A DNA stretch of 64,000 nt from Lama glama (lineage: Eukaryota), in the NCBI GenBank assembly GCA_028534125.1, contig CM052832.1:13766001-13830000 (forward strand), read 5' to 3'. The position numbers and the translations under genes are program-made. The stretch's first letter is position 1; each line of letters opens with the position of its first letter. The notes under the pieces are model-generated. The model saw nothing but the letters and a program-made list of their open reading frames with translations. It did no database searches and had not been told where the DNA came from. Of this stretch, positions 13,661 through 26,898 are shown in pieces.

Positions 13661-13808
13661 CTTCCTGTTTCCTGAAACACCAGATTTGAGCATGCTTACT
13701 GCAGTTATATTAGAATCTTTCTCCTTAGCCGTGGTGAGCTCATCTCTGCTCGTATTTCTGGGCAGGAAGATTGCCATCTTCCATAACTACGACGTCAATT
13801 CCAACCAG
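13661..13808 (+). CDS. SLC26A8: SLC26A8 coding exon (exon 9 equivalent), FLFPETPD...HNYDVNSNQ
   Basis: ttccag acceptor, gtgaga donor; SLC26 motif KIA..HNY.VNSNQ. Confidence 0.95.
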
Positions 13809-14204
13809 GTGAGAGGACAGGCCTGTCTATTACTTCCTCTGACCTTTAAGTCTTTGTTCTCTAACCTGAGCCTCCTGCTAACATGAAGACTGGATTCTTC
13901 TCTAACCAGAGAGTCCCTGGGACCAAAATTTGAACTATAATTACCAAAGGGTTTTTGAGAAGTGTGGCATACTTAGCTTTGAAGCCACCTGAGTTAATGT
14001 GAGTATTGTTACTCTAGAACAGACATGGTATAGGGAGGCAGGGAGATAACCTATGGCATCATGTTAAGCTAGCAGAACTCCTTTTACCTTCCTTTCCAGC
14101 AAGTTCTCAGAGGTCAATGCAGTGGAATATCAAAACTAAGCTAATAATATAACTAAGTTGCTATCCCAGAAATTGTCTTTGTCATTTTTTTAAATTGAAA
14201 AAGA

Positions 14205-14581
14205 ATTTTTTTTATTGTAGTTGGTTTATAATGTGTTAGTTCGTGGTGTACAGCATAATGATTCAGTTATACATATATATGTTCCTTTTCATATTCTTTT
14301 CCATTATAGGCTATTACAAGGTATTGAATTTAGTTCCCTGTGCTATACAGTAGGGTCTTGCTGTTTACCTATTTTATAAATAGTAGTTAGTATCTGCAAA
14401 TCCCAAACTCCCATTTTATCCCTCCACACCACCCCCTTCCACCGGTGGTAACCACACGTTTTCTGTCTTTGAGTGAGCCTCTGTTTTATAAATAAGTTCA
14501 TTTGTCTCATTTCTTTAGATTCCACACCTAAGTGATATCATATGGTATTTTTCTTTTTCTTTCTGGCTTACTTCACTTAGT
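14205..14581 (-). mobile_element. LINE-1 3' end fragment (related copy at about 31500-31705)
   Basis: L1 3'UTR text gattcagttatacatat...ccctgtgctatacagtag and terminal ORF2 text tggcttacttcacttag. Confidence 0.8.
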
Positions 14582-15004
14582 ATTTGTCATTGCAAAAAAA
14601 AAATCTCCAACTACTCTGAGCTTGGCCCTTTCCCTAGAAATCAAAAAGGATATGTGAAAGCAAGAAGTGTCCTGCTTTGACTTTAGGATACTATAGAAGG
14701 AAGTGAGAAAAATAATACTATGTTTCCTTCTGTTATTCTAAGTCTTAGCGATCAGGTAAGGGAGAATAATAAGGCAAAAGTCTCATTTTCTCACCTGGAA
14801 AAAGTGCTTTCCTTATGATCGCTAGCTAAAATGGAAAAATGAGATTTGCCATCTTTCAGTTGTTTCTAATATTTCAGTATTACTTGAAGTGATATAAACA
14901 ACCCTATCTTCATACACAAGAAATAATAGTATACCTTTAGTTCAAAGTCAAATCAGCCTTCTTCAACACATAAAGGGCCTAAGATGTTTGCTATTTCTTT
15001 ACAG

Positions 15005-15118
15005 GATTTAATAGCCATTGGCCTTTGCAATGTCGTCAGTTCATTTTTCAGATCGTATGTGTTTACTGGTGCTGTTATCAGGACTGTTATCCAGGATAAA
15101 TCTGGAGGAAGACAACAG
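15005..15118 (+). CDS. SLC26A8: SLC26A8 coding exon (exon 10 equivalent), DLIAIGLCNVVSSFFRSYVFTGAVIRTVIQDKSGGRQQ
   Basis: tttacag acceptor, gtgtgt donor, 114 nt phase 0/0; translated by hand (below the ORF-track cutoff). Confidence 0.95.
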
Positions 15119-16395
15119 GTGTGTGAAATAGAATTTGACCTCTAATATATAAAGGCATATATGTCCATTCACATGTATGTTCACAGAAGGTGATTATATT
15201 AGTTTAACCATGTTGCTATTTTAATATTATCCTTTTGGGAAGAATTTGGATTTCATACTCACCTTAATTTTTGCTTAGATTTTTGTCTTAAAAGCTATCA
15301 ATGCTGTCAATGTGGAACATGATAGTCATTTTCTATAGAAATATTATTCTATATAAGAGGCTTCTACATATTAGCTCACAAAAAGCCACTTTCCATGTAA
15401 CATACCTGAAAGATAACATTTCAGGTAAACTAACCATCACCAATAAACACTTTTTTCCCCACGGGGAGATATATTCTCAGCCCTAGTTGGGAAAGCACTA
15501 ATACAGCTCTCTCCTTCCTGGCAGCAGAACTAACATTACTGGCTTCCTCAAAAGGCATAACAAGAGGCTTTCGTGATAAAGGGTAAAGTCTTTGTCTAGG
15601 TGAACCTGGGGAATTTATGACCATTCTGCCTTTGTATAAGAGAAAATTATCTAGGTCAGACTCTCTTCAGTTATCCTGAATTAGAAAACTTAATAGACAG
15701 GTGTATGGAAGAGAAGAGGTGAAGGGGCAATGGTGGTAGAGAAGGCTCTAAAGGCGAGCTCTCTAACTGCAGGCATGAGATTTCTCAAGTCCAGTGATCA
15801 TGAGTTTTAAAAGGACCAGATAAGTTACAACTTTACAACATGAGGGATGGGACATCTCTTGTCCCATCTCTCATTTATTTTATTTTTATTTTATCTCTCA
15901 TTTATGTAGCATGAACAAATGCCAAAGAACTATCAGAATTGAAACTAGAGTCAGCTCAGGGAATGAGTCAAGGTTCAGAAGGCAGAGAAGCAGTGACAGA
16001 ATTCAAAGACAAGCTTCGTCCGCAAAAGCACAGTAGGAAGGTATAGCCATGGACAAAAAGTAAAGCGTCAAAAGAACGGACACTAAATTTGAATGGGAAA
16101 GATAAAGTGTCACAGTCTATGGGCAAATATAGGGTGAAAGCCAATAAAAGTCATAAGGTTAGGCAGGGGTGAGAGCATGGGTCTAGAGTAAGACCACGTC
16201 ATATTTTATGTGGACTGGGTTTGTTGTTATTGAGCTCCTACCAGACACACTGGCCTTTAAGGTGTGGCTCCTTTGCACTACTATTTGGCAAAAAGAAGGA
16301 AGACGAGTCATGTTAAAAAGAAGGATGTTCTTTGCAAGTGTGCAAAACCTTTGAAGCCAAAATGAGAAGATTTTATGATAAGAAGAGATGGAAGT

Positions 16396-16520
16396 GGAGT
16401 GGGGGTATAGCTCAGTGGCAGAGCATGTGCTTAACATGCTCAAGGTCCTAGGTTCAATCCCCAGTACCTGCATAAGATAAATAAATAATTTTAAAAATTA
16501 AATTTGAAAATACAAAAAAA
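16396..16520 (+). mobile_element. tRNA-derived SINE (camelid vic-1-like)
   Basis: gggtatagctcagtggcagagcatgtgcttaacatgctcaaggtcctaggttcaatccccagtacc + A-rich tail; flanks aagaaga(g/a)atgg. Confidence 0.85.
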
Positions 16521-17308
16521 GAAGAAATGGTAATGGCAGTTCCAGACATTAGTTCTTGCCAACTTTTGATAACACACTTTGCTTATTTAGTATACAAGCA
16601 TAACAAATTTGGGGGGAAAAGACGCATGCACCTGGATAAAACTAAATCACAGTGAAAGAAAAATCAAGTGCAGAATAAATACAGTCAGTAAAAAATGCCA
16701 TAATATTGCAGGAAGGAGAATGATGGAGGAAGTGGGACTTTCATGGCTCATCGAAAAAGGGTTAGGTTATGTATAAATTGATGGAGGGAAGGAAGAAGGA
16801 TTTCCATTCAGCCTCAGAGTTGCCTTTAGCCTGTTGGACAGTGCCTGCCTCAGAGGCAGCCTGTGGTTCTCATTCTGTTTTCTGCTGCTGCATTGTTCTC
16901 CCATACAACACACTCCCCTATCAATGACATCTCTCTCTGTGGTGCAGTGACCCTTCACAGAGAAGCATGTCCCCAGGGATGCTGGTAAACCCTTCCCCAA
17001 GATGATGATTTATCCAGGGCAAATCGCTGGTTCAAGCAGAGAATGCCGCTGGCCCCTGGCCCGACACATTGGAGCTACCCAGTCTCCAATCTGAGTTGAT
17101 GATCTGGACCAGCAAAGGTCTCTGAGTCTCATTCAGCTTTCTTCATCCCACAGCAGGGGTTGTACTCTCCACCCTTTTTCTCTGGAGATTTTTGATTCAC
17201 TCTGCCTGAGAACACCCCCACTTTTTCAAAGCTCCCCAGGACTACAGGAAAGGGAAGCCACAGGGATGGCTCTGAACCTCTCAGATACGACCTGCCACCA
17301 AGGGCCAC

Positions 17309-17385
17309 TTTTATTTATTTATTTATTTACTTACTTACTTACTTACTTATTTACTTATTTATTTACGTACTTACTTACTTACTTA
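17309..17385. repeat. Compound (TTTA)n/(TTAC)n microsatellite
   Basis: Direct reading of sequence. Confidence 0.9.
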
Positions 17386-19866
17386 TAACCATAAATACAA
17401 ACTGTATATAATGTATCTGTATTTCACTTTAATTTTTCCCTGTGTAGAACCCACTTGTCTTCGCTGGTTGCAGCAACACCTATTAACCTTTCTGCCATGG
17501 CCTGGGCTTGAGTTGCTGGCAGGCCCAGTTGAACTGTTCCCACTACGCCTTCCAGCTTGTCCAGTTCTGACCACTGTGCTTCCCTCTTCTCTGTGATTGG
17601 GTTCATTTCCTGGTTCTCTGCTTTCCAAGGACCAGCCTTCCTGCCTTGTCCCCAGGTTCCCAAAACTGCTTAAAAATGAGTTATTATTTGGGGGAAAAAA
17701 GAACGAAAGAAAGAAATAATAAAAGAAAGAAGTGAACTGTATTATTTCTAGAGGAAGCAGCTGGGGTCGTGGGGAGAGCCTGGATTTTGAAGTCAAGCCA
17801 GTCAGGTAGATTGAAACCTGACTTAGTGGTTCCTGGATGTGTGACTCTGGGCAAGTTACTTTTGCTTTCTGAGGCTGTCATCTATAAAAATGGAGATAAG
17901 GATAACCTTTTAGTTGTGAGGATTAAACTGGATGATAATAATGCCCATCATAGTGACTGTCACTTAAGATGTTCAAAAATTAGAGCTTCTATCCCAGGCC
18001 GCTGGTGCCCTGACTGGTGCATGGTAGGTAATCTACTGTCCACTACTTACGGAACAGTGGGTATCTGAAGGTCTGCATGTCGTTTGTGGCTGTGGTCTGC
18101 GGGAACTCGTATTGCCTTAAATTCTCAGAAAGAAGGCAGAATCAGTCTTTGCTCAAGAAAGCCTGGAAAAGTGATGGTAAGTCAGAGCAGAAAAGCAAAA
18201 CATGCATGAGATGTAAAGTTACACATGCTTGCTGTCTCTAGACCCTGTCAAGGCACTGAGTCTGGAATTCTGAGAGCCATCAAGCATCCTCCTAAGGCAC
18301 AATGCCACTAAGGATGGCCCTCTAATCCCAAAGCCCACTCCCCTGCATGTGCAGCCATGGGGGACACAATTATTGGCAGGCCTCCTAACCCTCTCTGAGC
18401 AGCAAGTTTTATGGGATTCAGTATCTGGTTTGTACTCATTTTAAACTAAGTTTTATATAACTTATTTTGGTATCTGTATGTCTTTGTTTCCTTAAAAATA
18501 ATCAGAAGAATTTTTGAGGAAAGGAGTGGTAGGAAGGAAAAGTCCTGATATATGTTCCTACGCTAATTAAAGCAGTTTCTTTGTATAGTGCCAAACAAGA
18601 ATGCCTGAAGCCAGATCCTGAAATTAGGTGCAGCATCAGGCTAGCTTGTACATTGGCTGGAGAAGTTTATGGCTCTTAGTTACCTGTTTTAAGTTCCACA
18701 GTGTATGAAATGTTTGCCATGAGAACTTCCTGAGTTTCAGGTGTAGTGATCCATTTTCTTGAATCCTTTCTACAGCTTTTCCATGCTGAGTTGCTCCTGT
18801 AGCTGTGAATCATCTAGGACGGGGAAAGAAGGAAGTAGGACGTTGATTTCATTGCTACTATTTTCAGTGTTGCATTTATATGGCAAATAGCAATGAGCAG
18901 TGAGAGGGAATCCAGTAGGGAGCTATTTTTTTCACACCTAAGAAATAAAAAATAAATTAGAGAATTATTGCTGAGTGGTCATTTAATGGTTTAGATATAA
19001 GCTTGCTTGTTCTTGCTTGTATATGCCATTGTTTTAACTTGAGATTACAGTTTCATCCTCTCCCCCCATCACAGTGGGTAATTATACTGCCTTGTATTAT
19101 TTTTTTATTAGCAGGGGCTTAAACAATGGAAATTTATCAATAGGGGATATAATGCGTTCAAGACTATGTCCAGAGAGCCTTGAGATTGTAAAAGGAACTA
19201 TGCTTCTTAGCTTTCTACCTGTATTGGACAGTCTGAATCACTGCTTACCAAGTAGTACTGAGCCCAGAGTAGCCAGGCCAGCTGGGGTAGGATCCAGAGC
19301 TGCTATATACAGCCCCGACTCATGTTTGTAACTTTTTTTGATAGCAGCGAGGCAGAGAGAAACTAAAGTCAGAAAATCGGAAGTGAATATCGTGGTATTT
19401 TTAAGATGAAGCCCCACTGAAGCCGTTAGATGCGAAGCTATCCAAGCTCCAAAAGAGCGAGGTGGAAAGGTTGGGATTTCAGGGCTGACAGTGGTGAGTC
19501 TACTAGAGCTCTCCTAAACTGTTCAAAGAGAGGTTAAAGTTAGAAGGAGATGAAGGTCAGATTTTAGGAGACTTCAGATTCGTAGCACAAAGCTATTGCA
19601 AGAAAGAATCAAATACCCAAGACAATTTGTGGCTTTTCAGGAAGACTTCATGCACTTAGTCAAGTATTTATTGAGTACCTAGTTTGTGTTTGGCACTTTA
19701 ACAAGACCTAAAAAATGTTCACCAAAAAATGCACTTATGCTAGATGGTTATACTCAACACCTTTTTAGAGAAAATGACATGCTTCTCACGAAGCAGAAGG
19801 CCTCAGTTGCAGACAGGGAACAGTACATTCCTGATGGTCTCTCTCCAACCGGCTCTGTCTCCTCAG

Positions 19867-19944
19867 TTTGCATCTCTGGTAGGCGCAGGTGTGATGCTGC
19901 TCCTGATGGTGAAGGTGGGAAGCTTCTTCTATGAGCTGCCAAAT
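19867..19944 (+). CDS. SLC26A8: SLC26A8 coding exon (exon 11 equivalent), FASLVGAGVMLLLMVKVGSFFYELPN
   Basis: ctcctcag acceptor, gtaagt donor, 78 nt. Confidence 0.95.
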
Positions 19945-22900
19945 GTAAGTAGGACTGAGCAGATAACTAAGTCAATAAAGAATGGATCTCCAGATAGCAT
20001 CTTGGTAGGCATCTCTGAGAAGAACTGCATTCAGCTTGTCCCCAGCGGTTGCCCCAGCCTATTTCTAGTTCCTTTCTTATCACATGGAATTGGGAATCAA
20101 ATAAGGTAATATGTATAATATATAGAGAATGGTGTTGAACAAATAATAAGCACTCAGGAAACAATTGTTATTCTCAATAAACTTTTTTTTAAATTGCTCA
20201 AGCTAAAAAGTAAACTTCAGAAGTAAGGATTCAGTTAAACATGACCAAAATAGACTTCAAATGCCAGAACGCCCATTACCAGCACAGGCTTGGAAGCTCA
20301 TTGTGCATTCATGCCATCTGTTTTCCTAAACAGTCTCCAGAAGGCCTTGTTCTGCATTCATATGAACTCCGTCCCCCTACTGCTGCCACACTGCCTCTGG
20401 TTAGTTCACAACAGTAGAAGGCAAGGTATAGAAATTGAGGTTTAACTCTGTTCAGCTTGGATGCCTCTTATGTGCCATTTCTTCCTTTTGTGTGAGGCTG
20501 ATGACCTTACTTTTAGAGATGCCAGGTGTATTAATTACTGGCTATAATCAATCTAAGTTACAATATAGATCAATGTCCAGTGACCATAATTTCCTTTTAA
20601 ATTTCCATAACGTTCCCTTTAGCTATTTTTAGATAGTACTAAGGAGAGAGAGAGAGATTTTATTCCAGGTGCAGCAGCCTGGTTACACACTGAGGTGGCA
20701 GTCCTTGAAGCTGAAGTGGTTGTAAATATTATCCTCATTCTTTTGAACACATCTATTCCACCTGGTGAGAATCAGGTTTCAGTAGAGCAGGGCCATCTCA
20801 AGGCTGTGGCTGCCTTCTGCTCCTGTGATTCAGGGACCTTCAAAACCAGCCATGGAATATATGCATGGTGGGTGGGATTAAGCTTGTGTTTATCCCACAA
20901 GCTGTCCTCTGATTCCCAGCAGAAGCCATCTCCAGAATTTAGTTTATATAGCACCTCTGGTGCTATAACTCTTGGGAGTCTATTTTAGGAGGGCCACCCA
21001 CTAATTTACTTTGAACAATGATTTTTTTTCTTTATAGCTTTATAGAAGAATCAGAATTTTTAAAAATCTCAAATAAAAAAATCTATCAGAATTCACTGAA
21101 GGGTAGTGGTAAAAGTAGGTAAGCACTCCCTTAACTATGAATATGTTGGGGATAGAACAGCCCTTGCTTTTGGCTAACCATGTATGGCACATTATTTTCA
21201 CAGCATCTAGCTAGGATGTTTCTGGGTGAGAAAATGTGAACACAATCTGATCAGTGGAATATCGGAATTTCTATAAAATGGGGCTCTGCAAGTATTAAAC
21301 TATGAATGATTCTTTTCTTCTTTGAGCTACCATTTGCTTGTTGCAAAATCCTTAGGAGAGTAATTGGTGGAGCATCCTGGCTAGGATCTCAACTAGTTAG
21401 CAAGGAAATCAACATCAACTTTTAAAAAACATGATTTAATAGTATATTCAATATTGTTCCAATTTAGTATGAAAAATATATACAACATACCAAAATGTTA
21501 ACAGTGGTTATCTCTCGGATGATGGAAATTATATATAAATTTAATTCTTCTTTATACATGAGCATCTTTTATCTTAATATTCAGAAAGGTAAAATGTTCA
21601 TTATACATTGTTTTACAAAGATTTGTTTCCTCTTCATACTCCATACCTCAAGCCAAAAATCTTGTAAAAGCCCAAGAAGTTGGATTTCTTATCTTTCCTA
21701 CTACATCTCCCTGCAAATTGCAGAAATTTTTGGAGATTCTTGATTGGAAAGAAGATGAAGATGAGGAAGAAGTTATTTCTGATGACTCCATCTTTGTTTG
21801 CCCTTCCCTCCTCTACCAACCTGTTGAGTCCAACTGGTCACTGAGTAACCTCAGAAAACCAGAGTAATCTTGGACCGACGCCATCCTGGTAATAGGATTA
21901 GTTCTAATTCCCAGGCAGAGTATATAGAGGAGAGGCTGGCTAGGAAAAGGCTGAGAAATGTTAAGCTAATGCAGGGCCTTCATGAACATAAGAAAATGTT
22001 TCTTAAAGTAGGTTAGATTCTATGTTGAGGCTCTGATTTTACATCCCTATGAGTATAGATCTTCATTTTCTTATATTTAAGAAACATTCCTTCCATTACA
22101 AAAGGAGACATGCCTACTTTTAAAACTTTGGAAAATCCATAGTAGATAAAAATATCATCCACAATCACACATAAACCACTATTAACCTTTTGGCATATGT
22201 CTCACCAATATTATTTTCTATGTATGGATAGTACTTTGTATAATTGTGATCTAACTCTACACACAATCTGGTATTCTTGTTTTAATTTAACATATAGCAC
22301 AATAGTCCATACTATAACTTATTTAATCACTTTCCTATTATTGGAATATTAAGTTGTCTGAATTTTTGTTACTATACATAACACAACAAGGAGTAATTTT
22401 GTAGTCTACCCTTTTCTACATTTAGGATAGATTTCTAAAAGTAAAACAGAATGTCTGTGTGGAAGCATAGCAGCATTTCTTGATATATTGCCAAGTTATT
22501 TTCCAAAAGTACCATACTCAACAGCCATTTTTATGGGGCATCTTCAATATTTTTAATTTGCTGGTTTAATTTGATGGACTGAAAAATGGTATCTCATTGT
22601 TGAGATAATTAAAGTGCATCATGATTAGACCGGAAAAAAAGCCCACTTGAAACTATTTTAGAGTTTCTGTGAGTGGAAATTCCCTTAATTTGTCATCCCA
22701 TCTGAGGATGGTTTCTAGGTAACATTGGTAACATAGATGATGTCAAGCCAAGTAGACAAAGATAAGACAAATGGCCAAAGGTGCCAGCCTCCCTGTAGGT
22801 CTTGCCTCATACACCAAAAGAGACAATACTGAAACAGAAGGAGCTAGATGGTCACAAACAGTGGCTACTCTTCCTTTCCCTTGGTAATCAGTGATCTGAT

Positions 22901-23145
22901 TGTGGCTTGTAGTAGCTCTACCAGCCGAATCAGTCACTTGGCCTTGCCTTGTCTTGTGTGTTTGACAAATCATGGAGGCGAGCAGAGAAAAATGTGGAGA
23001 ATATATATTTGATTAGACAGTGAGCTGAAGCTTGGACATGGTATTTTCATTAAACTGGTGAGGCTGACTCTGTAGTTCCTTTGTGGAGATTTGAAAGTTT
23101 TACCCCTGAAAGGAAAGTGAAGCAGGGTTTATCTTTTCCCCACAG

Positions 23146-23241
23146 GCTGTGCTGGCTGGTATTGTTCTGAGCAACGCCCTACCGTACCTTGAAACTGTTT
23201 ACAACCTACCAAATCTGTGGAGGCAGAACCAATATGACTGT
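23146..23241 (+). CDS. SLC26A8: SLC26A8 coding exon (exon 12 equivalent), AVLAGIVLSN...LWRQNQYDC
   Basis: ccccacag acceptor, gtgagt donor, 96 nt. Confidence 0.95.
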
Positions 23242-24381
23242 GTGAGTGTAGATACACTGGCTGAGGTCAGGGAGGACGGAGGGGAAGGCTGCACAGAGGG
23301 GAAGAGAACAGACGAAGGAGATCAGTGTGAAGGACACTAGGCACTCTTTGATGCCTAGTACTATATTTGTGCTTAAAAAAAGGAGTCAAGGTTATTGGTG
23401 CATGGAAGTACTGACTCCATTCCAATGATGCAAAGTTTAATCAAATAAAATTAATTAAGTAGCAACAGTTACATACAGATCTGGTAAAAAGGGTTTCTCA
23501 TACATTGCATATTTGAATGACTTTTAATCCAGCTAATAGAAATACATCCTAGGAGAGGAGACACAAATCCTAATAAGACAAGGAAGGCGGTGTCTTGCCA
23601 GGAAGAGTGATGGAGCACCCTCCTTCTCTCTAGAGCACAAAACTAGAGCTATAAAGGGGAAATAACAAAAAATAAAAGATGGGGAATGTCATACAATGAG
23701 AGGAGAAGGAGCCAGTAAAGGGAAAGTGATGCGAAAGGGAATCATTTTTGGATCCAGGTCCCTGAGATTTAAGAAGGGATGTGGTCCAGTGCACAGGGAG
23801 AGCTTCTGAGTAGGAGGGACAGCACTTCCAAAAGAATTGGGGAGAAGGGTGAGTGCAGATGTTAACTAACAAGTGGCAGGTTGAGGGGGAAGTAAACATT
23901 TAAGGGGGTTTCAGCCTATCTTCTTTGTAAAGATGAAAGTCAAGTCATCTGCTGAAAGTGATGGAAAAGGTGGTGAGAAAGGAGCTTGGAAGGGATGTTA
24001 AAGATTCCCAGCAACTATTATAGGTCTTGAAATCGCAATCACTAATTTGGGGAGTGTTCTGGGTTGCTTTACAAATAGGATTTTTAATCTCAACAAAACC
24101 TATAAAATCAATATTACTATCCCTATTTTGCATGTGAGGAAACTGATGTTTCAAGAGAGATGAAGAAAGAAGTGACCAAGGATGCATAAAAGAATCACTA
24201 GGCACCCCTGGGACCCAATTATTTGTGATGGCATCAGTCCCTATGGCTGTAGGATTTGTTGTCTAAATCCCAGGTGTTGGGAGGGAGAGAGTAAAGGTGA
24301 GTTGAGAAATAGGACTTGGGATTTTCTCAATTCTGCTTGTTATCATGGTCTTTCTTTTCCCTTCTTCCCCTTTTCCATAAG

Positions 24382-24488
24382 ATTGCTTGGATGGTGACAT
24401 TCATATCTGCAATTTTCCTGGGACTGGACGTTGGACTACTGGTTTCAGTAGCTTTTACCTTCTTCATCATCACTGTTCAGTCACACAG
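24382..24488 (+). CDS. SLC26A8: SLC26A8 coding exon (exon 13 equivalent), IAWMVTF...ITVQSH(R)
   Basis: aag acceptor after pyrimidine tract, gtactt donor; last TM helices with FLGLDVGL motif. Confidence 0.93.
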
Positions 24489-24569
24489 GTACTTTGTCTC
24501 AGGTAATAGGAAGTTGGCCATAGCAAGGCAAGGCAACTTTGACCTAAAGGCAAATGCATTTACTTTCAG

Positions 24570-24639
24570 AAGTAAGATTCTCCTCCTGGGTCAGATCCCC
24601 AACACCAATATTTATAGAAGCATCCATGATTATCGAGAG
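24570..24639 (+). CDS. SLC26A8: SLC26A8 coding exon (exon 14 equivalent), SKILLLGQIPNTNIYRSIHDYRE
   Basis: tttcag acceptor, gtaaga donor; SLC26 LGQIP.T.IY motif at start of STAS region. Confidence 0.95.
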
Positions 24640-25024
24640 GTAAGAATCCACATCACCCCCACTCCTTTGCCCAAAAGATGGGGTGGACCAGGCCTGCTGC
24701 TTAGTTTTTCTACAAAATCCCTTCGTTCTTGTTTGCTGCACTACAGATATGCATTTATGGAGATGGGGAAAATGATGCAGCCAGTTAAGGATAATTTTGA
24801 AATGGACTTTACGGGGAGGGTGACCAAGTGAAAGAGGAGTGAGGAAATGGAGGGGAAAGAGGAAAGCAGGAAAAGCAGGGGGGTGAAAATGGGAGGAAGG
24901 AATTTTCTCCTTCTTGCCTCTATAAAGAAGAATATAGATTCTGTAGGAGGTTCTAAAGATTTTTTTCCCCCCTACTCCATAAAAGAGCTGAGACATTTCC
25001 TTCAAATTCCCATTTGTCTTGCAG

Positions 25025-25117
25025 GTTACAAACATTCCTGGGGTGAAGATCTTCCAGTGCTGCAACTCCATTACATTTGTAAACGTTTACTACCTAAAGC
25101 ACAAGTTGTTAAGTGAG
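25025..25117 (+). CDS. SLC26A8: SLC26A8 coding exon (exon 15 equivalent), VTNIPGVKIFQCC...KLLSE
   Basis: ttgcag acceptor, gtgatg donor, 93 nt; STAS IPGVKIF motif. Confidence 0.95.
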
Positions 25118-25224
25118 GTGATGGCCTTCCTCCCCTGCCTTTCTCCACCTGTTCTCCTCCCTGTCCCGGCTCTCCCCCTCTCCTCCATTCACCATCTGCA
25201 AGAGACCCCTCCTATACCTTTCAG

Positions 25225-25356
25225 ATTGAAATGGTAAGAGTGCCTCTTACAGAAGAAGAAGTTTACGCCCTGTTTAGTCAAAGTGAAGATGGCTCACAGC
25301 AACAGAAGATTTGTCGATGTTTCTGCAACTGTGATGAACTGGAGCCACGGCCCAGG
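25225..25356 (+). CDS. SLC26A8: SLC26A8 coding exon (exon 16 equivalent), IEMVRVP...CRCFCNCDELEPRPR
   Basis: tttcag acceptor, gttaga donor, 132 nt; Cys cluster matches recalled SLC26A8. Confidence 0.93.
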
Positions 25357-25456
25357 GTTAGAAACACCTCTTCTTTTCTGCATTTTTCTCCACATTTGAT
25401 AAAGAAGTGCAGTCATAGTTTAAAAAAATAAAAAGGAAAAGAAAAGAAAACCCCCT

Positions 25457-25956
25457 NNNNNNNNNNNNNNNNNNNNNNNNNNNNNNNNNNNNNNNNNNNN
25501 NNNNNNNNNNNNNNNNNNNNNNNNNNNNNNNNNNNNNNNNNNNNNNNNNNNNNNNNNNNNNNNNNNNNNNNNNNNNNNNNNNNNNNNNNNNNNNNNNNNN
25601 NNNNNNNNNNNNNNNNNNNNNNNNNNNNNNNNNNNNNNNNNNNNNNNNNNNNNNNNNNNNNNNNNNNNNNNNNNNNNNNNNNNNNNNNNNNNNNNNNNNN
25701 NNNNNNNNNNNNNNNNNNNNNNNNNNNNNNNNNNNNNNNNNNNNNNNNNNNNNNNNNNNNNNNNNNNNNNNNNNNNNNNNNNNNNNNNNNNNNNNNNNNN
25801 NNNNNNNNNNNNNNNNNNNNNNNNNNNNNNNNNNNNNNNNNNNNNNNNNNNNNNNNNNNNNNNNNNNNNNNNNNNNNNNNNNNNNNNNNNNNNNNNNNNN
25901 NNNNNNNNNNNNNNNNNNNNNNNNNNNNNNNNNNNNNNNNNNNNNNNNNNNNNNNN
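25457..25956. other. Assembly gap, 500 N
   Basis: Run of exactly 500 N. Confidence 1.
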
Positions 25957-26760
25957 TAAGGCAATAGGAAGCTTCTCATGGCAGAAAGAACATTGGTTGG
26001 TGATCTGTGGATACGTGCTCTGCCCTGGCTTTATTGCTGCTCACTGTCCATCAGACGTGGTAACTTAGTAAACTGCACTGGGTCTTGGTTTTCTTATCTA
26101 TAAAATGAGAAGCATGGAAGAGATTAATGTTAAGGGCTTTCCCATCCACAAGGTCCTCTTTCCACCAACCCCTCCCCCCTCATTTTCAGACTCAAATATA
26201 CTTAATCATGTCTTGTCTTTGAGGCTTTTCCATCTTAGGTCATACTACTGGGCTGTGTTCTTGTCTCCCAGTCTCACACTGTAGCTGTAACTTCAGATTT
26301 CATTGAACCTACATTATTGGATGCCTACTCCCTGCCAAACTGAGTTGAGCACATTTATGTACACTGTCTCATTTAGTTCCCACAACAAGCCTGAGAGACA
26401 AGCCGTATTTTCCTGGAAGAGTCCTAGGCTCACAGCTGGTAAGTGGCCTGTCCAGTGCTGAAACTTAACATCTGACTTTATATTGCTCTTCCCCCTGCTC
26501 TTTAGTACAATTGTGCCATCCTCGCCTCCTCTTGTGTCTTCCTTTTTTGTGGAAGCACCATATGTTCTGGTCCTTGGCATGACCCAGCCACATCTGCCCT
26601 ATGTTGATGACTTTCTGCTCCAGCCCCATCACTGAGGCAGTGTCCAGCACCTTAACTCTACACCCCTCAGAGATCCATGGTACACACTCATACTTTAAAA
26701 ATACAGGTTTCTTCATTCCTTTTGCAGTTGTTATATACTGTCTTGTTGGTGGTAATAGTT

Positions 26761-26898
26761 TCACCTTTGTTTGTTTTGAGGGGAGGTAATTAGGTTTACT
26801 TATTTATTTATTTTTTTGTGGAGCTACTGGGGATTGAACTCAGGACCCTGTGCATGCTAAGCACATGCTCTACCACTGAGCTAGACTCTCCCCTCTCC
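26761..26898 (-). mobile_element. tRNA-derived SINE (camelid vic-1-like) with 15-bp TSD
   Basis: A/B boxes on minus strand; perfect direct repeat ttggtggtaatagtt at 26746-26760 and 26899-26913. Confidence 0.88.

Noticed and set aside
16396..16470. Apparent tRNA gene (also at ~690-762, ~26820-26893, ~60746-60820)
   Set aside because: Stems are degenerate, each copy has an A-rich tail and TSD-like flanks, and the copies differ from each other, so they are SINEs, not functional tRNAs
17383..17796. Antisense ORFs (137 aa and 79 aa) inside an SLC26A8 intron
   Set aside because: No recognisable homology or exon structure; they abut a MIR and a microsatellite
25118..25224. Read-through of other short SLC26A8 introns (107 nt here; 100 nt at 27937-28036)
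   Set aside because: Lengths are not multiples of 3, so retention would frameshift
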